64,000 nt of DNA from Candidatus Bathyarchaeum tardum (GCA_024650005.2 CP122380.1:1952001-2016000), one strand, 5' to 3'; positions 1 through 9,950 are shown, counted from the stretch's first letter. Notes: generated by a model not told the origin, from the letters alone. Translations and numbers: made by a program.

Positions 1-27
1 AAAAATAATTATCGGACCAAATTAAGC

Positions 28-138
28 TCAAAGCTTATAACCAATTTTCCTAAGAAACTCTCTTCGTTCACCAACATCGTCTTTAGTTTCGATGCCTTTG
101 CTTTTGAAACCATCAACTACTCCTAAGATTCCTCTGCC
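28..138 (-). pseudogene. Displaced 3' end of the DUF355 adenosine-specific kinase gene (att-like duplication)
   Basis: Translates [36 protein letters not shown]; 28/36 aa and about 75% nt identical to 2602-2712 (hand count); in-frame TAA just upstream and no start codon. Confidence 0.9.
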
Positions 139-548
139 GTGTTATGTTCCAATACCTAAATCCAACAGACTAATTGCGGCAGATATATTATAAAGTTGTT
201 AATTTTTTAATTATTTTTTTGGTTCTTCTAATATACAAAGCACCTTTGCGTAGTTTAAAAATTAATGTGCATTTTTTAGATTTATTTAAACTTTAATGAC
301 TCATTTAGTCAAAATTCCTCAAAATTATTTGTTTTGATGCTATTGTTTTTGTAAGAAATTGTTACAAATCGCACTAAATATGAATTTTTAATAATAAATA
401 CGTAATTATTTACATATTGATGTTTTGATGACTTATATGTAAATTTTATTTTAAATTAATCTTATTTTCATCAAAGAATTTATTAATAAGTTATTGACTT
501 AATTATCGGTTAGAGAGAATTTAATGAATAAAAAAAATATTTTTACCT

Positions 549-661
549 CTTTGGTATTTGTCCTAAGTTTGCTTGTATTCTCAACAGTTTTGAGTCTAGT
601 GTTGGAGTAAAAGTTTGGATTGACTTTGGTATTTGTCCTAAGTTTGCTTGTATTCTCAACA
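549..661 (+). repeat. Perfect 38-bp direct repeat (549-586 and 624-661) with a 37-bp spacer, inside a signal-peptide coding region
   Basis: CTTTGGTATTTGTCCTAAGTTTGCTTGTATTCTCAACA occurs twice, 75 bp apart and in frame. Confidence 0.95.
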
Positions 662-1477
662 CCACTTGTCCACATAAATGCAGTCTATGGCATTAATTCG
701 CACGTAATTTGGGTACCTAACAATGAAACTGGATACGAACCAGATTATGAAGAAAGTTACTCTTGTGACGTTTGTGACGTAATTCATTACAGCATCGTTA
801 ACTATGGTAATTTTGATGGTTATGGAATCTTTTATAACCAAACAGTAACGCAACCATTCTATTTGTATGTCACAGGTTTTTGTGAATCAACTTATGACTA
901 TTGCGCTGTTTTCTCTAAAGGACACGACACCCCATGGGGCGACTGTGGAGAACACTATGAACTTAAAGCCCATAATGGTGCTGGAATTACAGATGCAGAC
1001 ATCTCTGATGAAACCGGAACTGATTACGACTTTGTTTTTCTTTGGCATTGTGGCACAGCACATGAATACCCATCGTCCGTGTGTTATCTAGGTGGCTGTT
1101 CAGGTTATGGTGAATACAAAGGTCATTGCTACGCGTGGACTCATGACAACTCTTTAGCTACTGATGGTTATAGTGAAACTACTGATACTGGTGCTGAAGT
1201 CTTTTTAGGTTTCATAAATGCTTCAGACAATTTCAAAAATCCAACAAATTATGATGGAAACGATTACGGTTGCTTTGCAGCGACATTTTATTACTATTTG
1301 CTAAATTATGACTATAGTGTAAAGACTGCTCTCAATTCTGCATCTGTCGCTACCCTTGGCTGTTTGTTTAGTAATAGCACATTATATAATGGGAAAAATG
1401 TGACAGTACCACCATTTCCAGACCCTTTTTGGAGTCGTTTGGCAATATACGGTAATGGAGATTTATCATTACCTTAG
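620..1477 (+). CDS. Secreted Cys/Tyr-rich protein, possible clan CD (caspase/gingipain-like) peptidase; original start probably ATG 524
   Basis: Hydrophobic N-terminus; AVFSKGH and FVFLWHCGTA resemble a His/Cys dyad; ends AIYGNGDLSLP. Confidence 0.6.
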   Translation: MTLVFVLSLLVFSTPLVHINAVYGINSHVIWVPNNETGYEPDYEESYSCDVCDVIHYSIVNYGNFDGYGIFYNQTVTQPFYLYVTGFCESTYDYCAVFSKGHDTPWGDCGEHYELKAHNGAGITDADISDETGTDYDFVFLWHCGTAHEYPSSVCYLGGCSGYGEYKGHCYAWTHDNSLATDGYSETTDTGAEVFLGFINASDNFKNPTNYDGNDYGCFAATFYYYLLNYDYSVKTALNSASVATLGCLFSNSTLYNGKNVTVPPFPDPFWSRLAIYGNGDLSLP

Positions 1478-1479
1478 AG

Positions 1480-2571
1480 GTGACGATGATGAACCAAAAA
1501 ATTCAAAGAATGTTCGTAGCTATCTTAGTTTTAATGTTTTCAGTTTCCTTGCCTCAACTGCCGGCATATTCTACAGAAGCAACTGCAAACGAAAAAGCAA
1601 TGGCTTTTCTATCTGAAGTGTCCATGATTGACCAAACCAAACAAAACGTGACATTACACTCATACGGTGTTAATCCTTTTGAGTCTGCTAAAGAAGACAT
1701 AAGTTACACTATTGAATCTAGTGAAAATAAATGGGATGCACTGCTACAATTGAAAAATGGAGCTATAAGTGCATATTCTCTTCGCATAGGTGAGGGAAGT
1801 GAACTACTTTATACTCAGTTGCAGTCCGCTGAAGTTTTGGATGATGCCAAAAATTTTCTCCAACGCTACTATAATTTCAAGAAAAATACTGAATTAACGA
1901 TGGATGTTGATCTGGAAAAAATGGTGAATATAATTGATACTGTAAATGAATTAACAACAACTACAAAAACAGTAGACAATTTGCGATTTCAATTAATCTG
2001 TGAAGAAAAGTATACAAATTTCAATTGGATAACCACAATTAATGGCGCAGATTACTCAACAGTAAGCCTTTCTTTTGAAGAATCTTGTTTTTCGTTCATG
2101 GATAATCGAAACAGGTATGCGATTGGGAACACTGATGTAAATCTAACAACAGATGAGGCAGTGAACATTGCACTAAAAGCTGTTGAAAATTATTCCTACA
2201 CTGTAAATGGAACTAAAATTAGTGGATTCAAAATAGCAGAAAATCATATAACAGCAAAATTGTTGACGCGACCAAAAGACTCTATGTTACAGCCTTATTG
2301 GGCTGTTGAACTGGGCCTAGAAGAGCTTTATCCAGGAAATATTTATGCCATTCGTGTTAATCTATGGGCAGGCACACCAGAAATTATTGAATGCTTTGGG
2401 CTAGGATTTAGTGGAGACCTTATGCCTAAAAACTCAACTACTGACACAACTAACTTAGAACTAGAAAACACTACAACTCTAACAATTGATAACATACTAA
2501 TTGGCACAGCAATTGTAGGGCTTCTCGCTATCGTGATTATAGTAATGATCATCAAGAAAAGGCGCAAATAG
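1480..2571 (+). CDS. Secreted, C-terminally anchored protein with a PepSY-like segment
   Basis: Signal peptide; LTTDEAVNIALKAV...PYWAVEL...VNLWAGTPEI; Thr-rich linker, TM helix and KKRRK tail. Confidence 0.7.
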   Translation: MTMMNQKIQRMFVAILVLMFSVSLPQLPAYSTEATANEKAMAFLSEVSMIDQTKQNVTLHSYGVNPFESAKEDISYTIESSENKWDALLQLKNGAISAYSLRIGEGSELLYTQLQSAEVLDDAKNFLQRYYNFKKNTELTMDVDLEKMVNIIDTVNELTTTTKTVDNLRFQLICEEKYTNFNWITTINGADYSTVSLSFEESCFSFMDNRNRYAIGNTDVNLTTDEAVNIALKAVENYSYTVNGTKISGFKIAENHITAKLLTRPKDSMLQPYWAVELGLEELYPGNIYAIRVNLWAGTPEIIECFGLGFSGDLMPKNSTTDTTNLELENTTTLTIDNILIGTAIVGLLAIVIIVMIIKKRRK

Positions 2572-2601
2572 CCCTTTTTTTCTTTTTTTTAAAAAAAATA
2601 G

Positions 2602-3084
2602 TTATAGTTTGTATCCAATTTTTCTTAGGAACTTTTTTCGTTCTGTGGCGTCTTTTTCTGCTTCGATTCCTTTGCTTTTGAAGCCGTCAATAACTCCAAG
2701 GATTCCTCTGCCCTGTTCTGTTTCTACAACTATAACTTCTAGAGGGTTAGCAGTTGCTGCATGCACATTACATACCTCGGGCACTTGTTTGATTTTGTCT
2801 AAAACATTAATAGGATAAGCATCTTTTAGAAAAACAATAAAGGAATGACCGCAACTTAATTTCAAAGCGTGTTCAGAAGCAGTCGTTTTCAGTTCTTCAT
2901 TGTTTCCTTCAACTCTCACCAAGCAGGGTCCAGAGGCTTCACAAAATGCTACACCAAATTTTACCGTGGGAACTGCATTAACTACGGCTTCATAGATGTC
3001 TTCGACTGTTTTTATGAAATGAGCAGAACCCAAAATCACGTTACAGTTGTCAGGAACCTCAACCTTAACTGTTTCAAGATTCAT
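2602..3084 (-). CDS. Adenosine-specific kinase (DUF355 family)
   Basis: [40 protein letters not shown] motifs. Confidence 0.9.
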   Translation of the reverse strand: MNLETVKVEVPDNCNVILGSAHFIKTVEDIYEAVVNAVPTVKFGVAFCEASGPCLVRVEGNNEELKTTASEHALKLSCGHSFIVFLKDAYPINVLDKIKQVPEVCNVHAATANPLEVIVVETEQGRGILGVIDGFKSKGIEAEKDATERKKFLRKIGYKL

Positions 3085-3151
3085 CCAAACTCGCCCCTAG
3101 GTATCTTTTGATACTTTTCCTTAATAAATTTCAAGCCACAAAAAAGAAAGA

Positions 3152-4696
3152 TTATTCCCATTCTATGGTTGAAGGGGGCTTATGGGTTATGTCATATACT
3201 ACTCGATTTATTTTGGGCATCTCGTTAGTTATACGGGTTGAAATTCGTTCAAGTATATCGTAAGAAATTCTGGCAAAACCTGCAGTCATGGCTTCTTTGC
3301 TGTCAACAATTCGTACCGCAATGGTGTAACCGTAGGCACGAGAATCACCTTTCACACCAGTGCTTTTTGTCTGAGTCAACACAGCAAAATATTGCCACAA
3401 ACTAGTTCCAAGACCAGCTTCTTCAATTTCATCAGTAACAATTTTGTCTGCTTTGCGTACTAAATCTACTTTTTCTTCAGTTAATTCACCAATAACTCTG
3501 ACTGCCAATCCTGGACCAGGAAAGGGCTGCCTATGAACTAACTCGTCAGGTAAACCCATGATTTTTGCAACTTCACGAACTTCATCCTTGTAAAGATCAC
3601 GTAGAGGCTCAATTATTAATTTGAATTCGATATCTTCGGGTAAACCTCCAACATTGTGATGAGTTTTTATCGTATCGGAGTGTTTTCTAAAACCAGACTC
3701 GATTCGATCAGGGTAAATAGTTCCCTGAATGAGATAATCAGCCGCAATTTTTTTTGCAGCTTCTTCGAAAACCCTGATAAATTCTTCCCCAATGATTTTT
3801 CGTTTCGTTTCAGGGTCAATAACACCAAAAAGGCGTTTCATAAAACGGTCCTGAGCATGAATCGCAATGATATTAACTCCATGCTTTTTGAAGGTAGATT
3901 CAACGTATTCTGTTTCACCTTCGCGCATGAAACCATGATCAACATAAATCGCCAAAAGCCGCTTCCCTATAGCCTTAGCCGCCATAAACGTAGCAACACT
4001 AGAATCGATGCCGCCACTCAACCCAATTATGGCAGTTCCTTCACCAACTGTTTCTCGTATTTCCTGCACTGCATTTTCAATCAAAGATTCAGGTTTCCAG
4101 TTTGGTTCGCATTTGCACACTTCAAAGATGAAGTTTCTAAGCATTTTCATTCCATTTTCAGTATGGACTACTTCAGGGTGCCATTGTAGACCGAAAATTG
4201 GTTTTGTTTTATGATGATAAGCTGCTATTGGGCAACTTTCAGTAAAGGCCAACATCTCGTAATCTTGCGGCAGGTCATATACTGTGTCCCCGTGGCTCAT
4301 CCAAACTTTTTCATGTTTGTTAAGGTCTTTGAGGAGTCCTACTGGTTTGTCGATTGTTACATATGCTATTCCGTATTCTTTTGTTGTTCCGGGTTTGACT
4401 TTTCCGTTGGAGAAAAACGCGATCATTTGATGACCGTAACATAATCCAAGAATAGGGATGTCTAAAGTAAGGAGTTCAGGATCAAATTTTGGTGCATCTT
4501 GTTCGTAAACGCTCCATGGACCGCCAGAAAGTATTAAACCTTTGACGTTCAGGGTTTTGTTTAGTTCTTCGATTTCTTGGGGAGTTATGTCACAAGAAAC
4601 AATTTCTGAGTAAACTTTGAGTTCCCTGATTCTTCGAGCAATAAGATTACAATACTGCCCCCCAAAATCCAGCACCAAAATTGAATCATGCTTCAT
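3152..4696 (-). CDS. guaA: GMP synthase (fused GATase and ATPPase)
   Basis: LDFGGQY, GLCYGHQ, QWHPEV, SGGIDS, KTHHNVGG, KPPSTIEWE. Confidence 0.98.
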   Translation of the reverse strand: MKHDSILVLDFGGQYCNLIARRIRELKVYSEIVSCDITPQEIEELNKTLNVKGLILSGGPWSVYEQDAPKFDPELLTLDIPILGLCYGHQMIAFFSNGKVKPGTTKEYGIAYVTIDKPVGLLKDLNKHEKVWMSHGDTVYDLPQDYEMLAFTESCPIAAYHHKTKPIFGLQWHPEVVHTENGMKMLRNFIFEVCKCEPNWKPESLIENAVQEIRETVGEGTAIIGLSGGIDSSVATFMAAKAIGKRLLAIYVDHGFMREGETEYVESTFKKHGVNIIAIHAQDRFMKRLFGVIDPETKRKIIGEEFIRVFEEAAKKIAADYLIQGTIYPDRIESGFRKHSDTIKTHHNVGGLPEDIEFKLIIEPLRDLYKDEVREVAKIMGLPDELVHRQPFPGPGLAVRVIGELTEEKVDLVRKADKIVTDEIEEAGLGTSLWQYFAVLTQTKSTGVKGDSRAYGYTIAVRIVDSKEAMTAGFARISYDILERISTRITNEMPKINRVVYDITHKPPSTIEWE

Positions 4697-4792
4697 GAAC
4701 GATCCCTTTACCGTGTCCTTTAATCAAATGAGCATCTTTTAAAGTCTTCTTTAAAGCCAAAAAAGAATTGGAAAAATCTGTATTCTCTTTTT

Positions 4793-5773
4793 TTAGATTC
4801 GTGTCATGTCATTGATTGGAACAAAACAGTGTGACGTAAAGGTTACGTCATGCTCTCCTTCTTCAACCATTGCTGCCCCTGGAACAATTCCGCCAACCAT
4901 ACATATTCCGAACCTGTCCATGCCCACGGGTACACCAAGAACGGGTTCGTTGGGTTCTCCTAAAACTATTACTCCGCCCCAGCCTTTCTTTTGTTGTTCT
5001 TCAAGAATCTTTACAGTTTTTTCCCGTGCTTCTGAAGGCGCCTCACGTAAAGTAGCCAGCAGCATTCCTGAACCTGTTTTTAGTATACGTGAAATAGAAG
5101 TCATTTTTCGGTAAACAAAAACTTCCAACGGAGGAATAGTTGTTCCCTCGTAGGAGATTATTTCCACGAACCGGATTGGTTTTTTGTTTACTACTTGAAC
5201 AAGACCCCCATACTTGAAAAATAGGGGAATTCCCGAATGAATCAGTATGCTATCTAAAGTTAAGTTACAAACAGTGAAAAGGGCAAATTTGTCCTTTGGA
5301 ACGGAAATGTCACAGTATTCTTCCCCCTCGTTTAATATTTTGATGTAAGGTGCAGACAACAGATTCATGTTCTGGAGGGCTTTCATTGTATCCACGGCTT
5401 TATGCTGTAGAGTTTTGTCTAATAACGCCACGTTTCCAACAACAGTTCCAGAGTCAGCAACTGGATCGTAATTTGCAGAATAAGCTAAAGACATAAAACG
5501 GGTTGTAGTAAACCCAAGGCGCTGAGTGGCAAGAGATCTACTTAGTTCTTCTAAACCTTGTTGAGTTATTGTTCGTCCTTTGCGTTCATGGCCTAAAACA
5601 AAACCTTTTGCTTCTAACAACTGCAGATGATACCGCACTGTTCTTTCGCTGAGAAGAAAACCGCGTTTCCTTAATTCCCGTTTAAGCAATGTCGAACCCA
5701 CTGGATCTTCAAACTCGCTAAGAATTCGCAATATTTCAATTTCTTTTCGGGTGCTATCGCTGTCTTGTGCCAT
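4793..5773 (-). CDS. nrpR: NrpR-family nitrogen regulator (wHTH plus a single NRD domain)
   Basis: EILRIL...GST...ERTVRYHL wHTH; CNLTLDSILIHSGIP and RFVEIISYEGTTIPPLEVF. Confidence 0.85.
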   Translation of the reverse strand: MAQDSDSTRKEIEILRILSEFEDPVGSTLLKRELRKRGFLLSERTVRYHLQLLEAKGFVLGHERKGRTITQQGLEELSRSLATQRLGFTTTRFMSLAYSANYDPVADSGTVVGNVALLDKTLQHKAVDTMKALQNMNLLSAPYIKILNEGEEYCDISVPKDKFALFTVCNLTLDSILIHSGIPLFFKYGGLVQVVNKKPIRFVEIISYEGTTIPPLEVFVYRKMTSISRILKTGSGMLLATLREAPSEAREKTVKILEEQQKKGWGGVIVLGEPNEPVLGVPVGMDRFGICMVGGIVPGAAMVEEGEHDVTFTSHCFVPINDMTRI

Positions 5774-5948
5774 GAACTTTAACTCCGCTGTACAGTTATT
5801 CAATAAGCATACTATTTTACTTATCAGCTTTTCATTGTTGTTGTATTTACTGATGAAATTGTCCTTATATTCGTTTGAAAAGTTCCTAAAAATTGTTTAG
5901 TTCACTACGGTTTTATGATAAATTTTTGTTTTTGAACCCAAAAACTGG

Positions 5949-5973
5949 ATATGACATACGTCATATTTATATA
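5949..5973 (+). promoter_or_regulatory. Palindromic operator abutting the tfb TATA box
   Basis: ATATGAC-atac-GTCATAT running into TTTATATA. Confidence 0.55.
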
Positions 5974-6021
5974 CCAGACCGCCTAAGATATAGATGTGAG
6001 CGTTAAAGGGGTGAAATAATA

Positions 6022-6936
6022 TTGACTAAACAGGCAGTCTCACTCAAATGTCCTGAATGTGGCAGTACAAACCTAGTTTTAGACTCCGAAATGGGAGAAT
6101 CTGTCTGTAGCAAGTGTGGATTAGTAGTAGAAGACAGTCTGCAAAGCCAAGAAGCAGAATGGAGAGCATTTACACCACAAGAAAGAGACTCCAGAGCAAG
6201 AGCTGGAACCCCAACAAACTATTCTCATTACGATAAAGGGCTATCAACAGTCATACGCGTAGAAAAAGACGCTTTTGGGCGCCCACTTTCGCCAAAAGTT
6301 AAACAACAAATGTGGCGCCTAAGACGATGGCACACACGATCAAAAGTTCACGCATCACAAAGCAGAAACCTCATGCTAGCCATGAGCGAACTTCAACGCC
6401 TGTCTGATGTTCTCCACATGCCATCTTCAGTTCATGACATGGCAGCAATTGTCTACAGAAAAGCCTTGAATGAAGGATTAGTTCGGGGAAGAAGCATTGG
6501 AGGAATGGTCGCAGGATCATTATACGCTGCAGTAAGGTTCACTAAGGTGCCTAGAACATTAAAAGAAATTTCAGAAGCCAGCCAACGAACTGGAAAAGAA
6601 ATTGCCAGATCATACAGCGTAATCGTTAGAAATCTTGACATGCGAATGCCAATTGACGACCCAACAGATTACATTACAAAAGTAGCAGAAAACGCCAAAG
6701 TTTCCAGCGATGTTGAAGGATTAGCAATAAACCTGATACGAGAAGCAAAACGGAACTATGCAACCACAGGAAAAGATCCATCAGGATTAGCCGCCGCTAT
6801 TCTCTATTTGTCAGCCAAAATGCTTAAAGAAAAAGTAACACAGGCACAGCTTGCTAAAGCAGCAAACGTTACAGAAGTTACTGTTCGAAACAGAAAACGG
6901 GATCTAATGAAGAGTCTTAACTTGACAAAAGCCTAA
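6022..6936 (+). CDS. tfb: Transcription initiation factor IIB
   Basis: Zn ribbon CPECG...CSKCG, EWRAF, two cyclin repeats, VTEVTVRNR. Confidence 0.97.
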   Translation: MTKQAVSLKCPECGSTNLVLDSEMGESVCSKCGLVVEDSLQSQEAEWRAFTPQERDSRARAGTPTNYSHYDKGLSTVIRVEKDAFGRPLSPKVKQQMWRLRRWHTRSKVHASQSRNLMLAMSELQRLSDVLHMPSSVHDMAAIVYRKALNEGLVRGRSIGGMVAGSLYAAVRFTKVPRTLKEISEASQRTGKEIARSYSVIVRNLDMRMPIDDPTDYITKVAENAKVSSDVEGLAINLIREAKRNYATTGKDPSGLAAAILYLSAKMLKEKVTQAQLAKAANVTEVTVRNRKRDLMKSLNLTKA

Positions 6937-7333
6937 CTCTAACTGTAAACTGAGTTTAATAACAACAATTGGGCAATTGAGTTTGTTGTGGCAGGGAAAC
7001 ACAACTAAATTGATGAAACTTTTTCCCTACCTTTTTTAGTTTATTTTACTTTTTTATTTTTCATTGAATGTTTTTAGTGTATGCCAGTAACTTTCTTTGG
7101 TTATTAACGATGCGACAACAATCAAGCAGTCAATAACATCCAGGGGTCAATTTCTAACAACAAACGTGTTTGCAGTTTTTAATAATTGCAACTATTGCAG
7201 ATGCGTTGCAATTTACACTTTCAGACAGGATGAATCCCAGATAATTTAATAGTTCAATTGAAAGTTCATTAGCAGACACCATAACAACGCTGCAATAATC
7301 ATATCTTTAGCAGGGTGTATCAAAACAAAAAGA

Positions 7334-7939
7334 TCAAGAATCTTTGTCAGGGGTTTCTTTTTGTGTCCCTGAAGCTAAAGATTCAAAGTCTGCTTCTCCT
7401 TCAGCGTAACCGGCAGCAATCAAAACGTCACCTGCATGAATTACTGTGTTGGGGCGAGGTCGTAACCACCAGTTTGCTCGTCTAATAACCAAAACCCACA
7501 TGCCTGTTTCTTCTTGTATTTGGGCTTCTCGAATAGTTTTTCCCACGAACGAGGAATCTTCCGAAACAGTTACTTTAGTTACAGTCTCTTCTGCCTCTTC
7601 GATAACAAGGCGCAAAATGGGATGAGGTTCCAGTCCCTTAAGTACAACATCTGCAATTTCCATTGCTGCGTCTGCAATTTGCTCAGTAATAGCGCCTAAC
7701 CGTATTAAGCCCAAGAAGTCTTTTGATTCTTCAGGCGTAAATCCAACAGATAAGACTAATAGCTCAAATTCAGTGTAAAGGTCGTCTATGCGATTTTCTA
7801 GGGCTTCAACTTCTTCAGCTAAGGATTGGCTGTTAAGCAAAAGTGAAGAATAGGCCAGGTCAATCATGAGTTCAGACGTATTCTTCAGGATAACAAGCTT
7901 GTCAACTATTTGCTTTAAATGTTCATCAGTTATTGCCAA
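7334..7939 (-). CDS. PhoU + TrkA-C domain protein
   Basis: KNTSELMIDLAYSSLL; C-terminal RCK_C (GMWVLVIRR...GDVLIAAG). Confidence 0.85.
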   Translation of the reverse strand: MAITDEHLKQIVDKLVILKNTSELMIDLAYSSLLLNSQSLAEEVEALENRIDDLYTEFELLVLSVGFTPEESKDFLGLIRLGAITEQIADAAMEIADVVLKGLEPHPILRLVIEEAEETVTKVTVSEDSSFVGKTIREAQIQEETGMWVLVIRRANWWLRPRPNTVIHAGDVLIAAGYAEGEADFESLASGTQKETPDKDS

Positions 7940-7952
7940 TTCAGTTCTTTCC

Positions 7953-8561
7953 TTATTCTTCCAACTCGTTTAATTTACCAGAAGCTAAAGCCTTTAAATC
8001 ATCCGTACCATTGGGAGCACCCCTAGAAATCAAAACGTCACCGTCCACGATTTTCTCATCGTCCTCGGGGTCTATTATCCACTCACAATGACGCCGAATG
8101 GCTATTATGTCAACTCCGAGTTTAGCGGCTAATTCTAGCTCGCCAAGGGTTTTGTTAATTAAAATTGAATCCGACTTGACTATTGCTCGTCCTAAGCGTT
8201 CTTCAACTTGCTCAAAGGCTTTGCGCACAATTGGATGAATTCCAATGTTTTTTAGAACAATAGTTGCGATATCTGCTGCAGCGTCCGAAACTTTGTTTGT
8301 AGCTGCAGCTACTGTAGATACAGCTGTTAGGTGTTTTGCATCATCAGCATCTCTGGCTGCAAGCATGATGTTCATGTTTATGATATAATCTAGATAATCT
8401 ACTCTTTTTTCGAGTTCCATTACTTCTTCTGCGAGTTCATCACTGTTAAAAAGGGCTGCAGAATAGGCTAGGTCAATCATTATTTCGGACACATCTTTCA
8501 TTTCTTTAAGTGCGTCACGAACAGAGATAGGCCTGTACTCAATTTTACTAGAATCAGCCAA
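7953..8561 (-). CDS. PhoU + TrkA-C domain protein (paralogue)
   Basis: MKDVSEIMIDLAYSAALF; GVDIIAIRR...GDVLISRG. Confidence 0.85.
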   Translation of the reverse strand: MADSSKIEYRPISVRDALKEMKDVSEIMIDLAYSAALFNSDELAEEVMELEKRVDYLDYIINMNIMLAARDADDAKHLTAVSTVAAATNKVSDAAADIATIVLKNIGIHPIVRKAFEQVEERLGRAIVKSDSILINKTLGELELAAKLGVDIIAIRRHCEWIIDPEDDEKIVDGDVLISRGAPNGTDDLKALASGKLNELEE

Positions 8562-8669
8562 GCAGCGAAAACTTCCTTTGATTTGTTATTTTGAAGGCTA
8601 TCAATTTTATGTGTCGTAATAGTATAATTAATTGAATCTTTTAATTCTATCGTAAAAACGCCCGTTAGA

Positions 8670-9950
8670 TTACATTATTAAAACAAGAACAAAACCTGAA
8701 ACTAAAGGCAATAACAAATTATCGTTTAATGGATTTGGAAGTCCTTCAATCAACATACCCACAGCAGCAGCAACCAAAGCCATTACAGGACTTACAAAAA
8801 ACAATGCACCGAAAAAAGCACAAAAGAAACCTGCAATGGTTCCTTCTACACTTTTTCCTTTGTTAGAAGGCAAAGGATGTTTTCCAAACTTCATCCCAAA
8901 CACATGAGCACCCCCATCCCCCAAGGTGAGTACCGCAATAGATGCGTAATTTATCGGTTCAGGAAACACAAAAAGGGCAAGAGCGATTCCAAGAGCAAAA
9001 AATATTGGAGAAGTAGCAAACTCATAGAGTTCAGTTTTGTTTGCTGCTTTCCAAGTTATGAATGAAAGCACAGGAATATTTACGCCTCGTATTCGGGCAA
9101 TTTCGGATAAGGTGTACAAACCAGTAACCAAAACTATCAAAAAGGCAAGTAGAAAGCTTCCAAGAAAATACATTGAAATAAAGGTTAACAGGAAACTACC
9201 AATGTGAATTAATTCCCGGGGACCTTTAGGTTGTGTTTTTTTGGGTTTGGAAATTGATTGTTTTTCCCCCAATATTTGGGGCAAAATTTCTGTTAATGCG
9301 CCCCGTGTGATGAAATCAGATTTTGCAGTTAGTAAAAAATCAGGGTTGTAACCAATACGTAGTTTTGATAGTGAAAACATAGGAAGATTATTACGGTCAT
9401 CGGCTACAACAATACACTCTTCGGGGGTAATTTTTTCAGTTTCGAGAAGTTGCTTTAAAATAACAGCTTTTGCACCTGCTTTTGTCAAGTCATTTTTTAT
9501 TTTTCCGGTCAAAAGTCCGTCTGTTACTTCAAGATCAATTCCATAAGCATGGTCAACCTGAAGGGTTGCCGCAAAATCTTCTACTACTTTGGTTGGAAGT
9601 CCCGAACTAATAAGAGCAGTTTTATAGCCTTTTGAATTCAATTTTTTGAAAACTTCTTCAGTTCCAGGCATGAAGGGCACGTTTTTGGTAAGTTCTAGAA
9701 CTTCGTTTTCTGGAATTCCTTTAAACATTTGAAATATTTTTTCCAAAGCGTATTCTAGAGATAATACTCGGACTTCGTAAAGCAAACCAAGGATAACGAT
9801 TTTAATGAAGGAAAAAATGCCTGTTTTGCGGGATAACTCAAAGACTAAAAAACGGTTTTTTGGTATTATGACACCTTCAACATCAAAAATGACCAAAGGT
9901 TTGTTTTTACGGCTTTGAGGGCGGACAGTCATTTTGGTTTCCTTCTGCAA
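8670..9950 (-). CDS. HAD (SerB-like) domain fused to a CTP-dependent dolichol/phytol kinase-like membrane domain
   Basis: FDVEGV, ISSG, K, VADDRNN HAD motifs; RELIH, LGDGGAHVFG, KSVEG, NDNLLLP kinase motifs. Confidence 0.8.
   Translation of the reverse strand: MQKETKMTVRPQSRKNKPLVIFDVEGVIIPKNRFLVFELSRKTGIFSFIKIVILGLLYEVRVLSLEYALEKIFQMFKGIPENEVLELTKNVPFMPGTEEVFKKLNSKGYKTALISSGLPTKVVEDFAATLQVDHAYGIDLEVTDGLLTGKIKNDLTKAGAKAVILKQLLETEKITPEECIVVADDRNNLPMFSLSKLRIGYNPDFLLTAKSDFITRGALTEILPQILGEKQSISKPKKTQPKGPRELIHIGSFLLTFISMYFLGSFLLAFLIVLVTGLYTLSEIARIRGVNIPVLSFITWKAANKTELYEFATSPIFFALGIALALFVFPEPINYASIAVLTLGDGGAHVFGMKFGKHPLPSNKGKSVEGTIAGFFCAFFGALFFVSPVMALVAAAVGMLIEGLPNPLNDNLLLPLVSGFVLVLIM

Larger units (their letters stand above)
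139..2712. mobile_element. Putative small integrated island without an integrase
   Basis: Bounded by two copies of the DUF355 3' end sharing GATTCCTCTGCC (127-138 and 2701-2712); AT-rich; two cargo genes. Confidence 0.55.

Noticed and set aside
125-152. Xer/dif-like site at the island junction (TTATGTTCCAA)
   Set aside because: No matching inverted arm 6 bp away; the sequence is explained as decayed DUF355 coding sequence.
549-661. CRISPR mini-array (38-bp repeat, 37-bp spacer)
   Set aside because: Only two units, the repeat encodes the signal-peptide core in frame, it lacks a CRISPR-like terminal motif, and there are no cas genes in the window.
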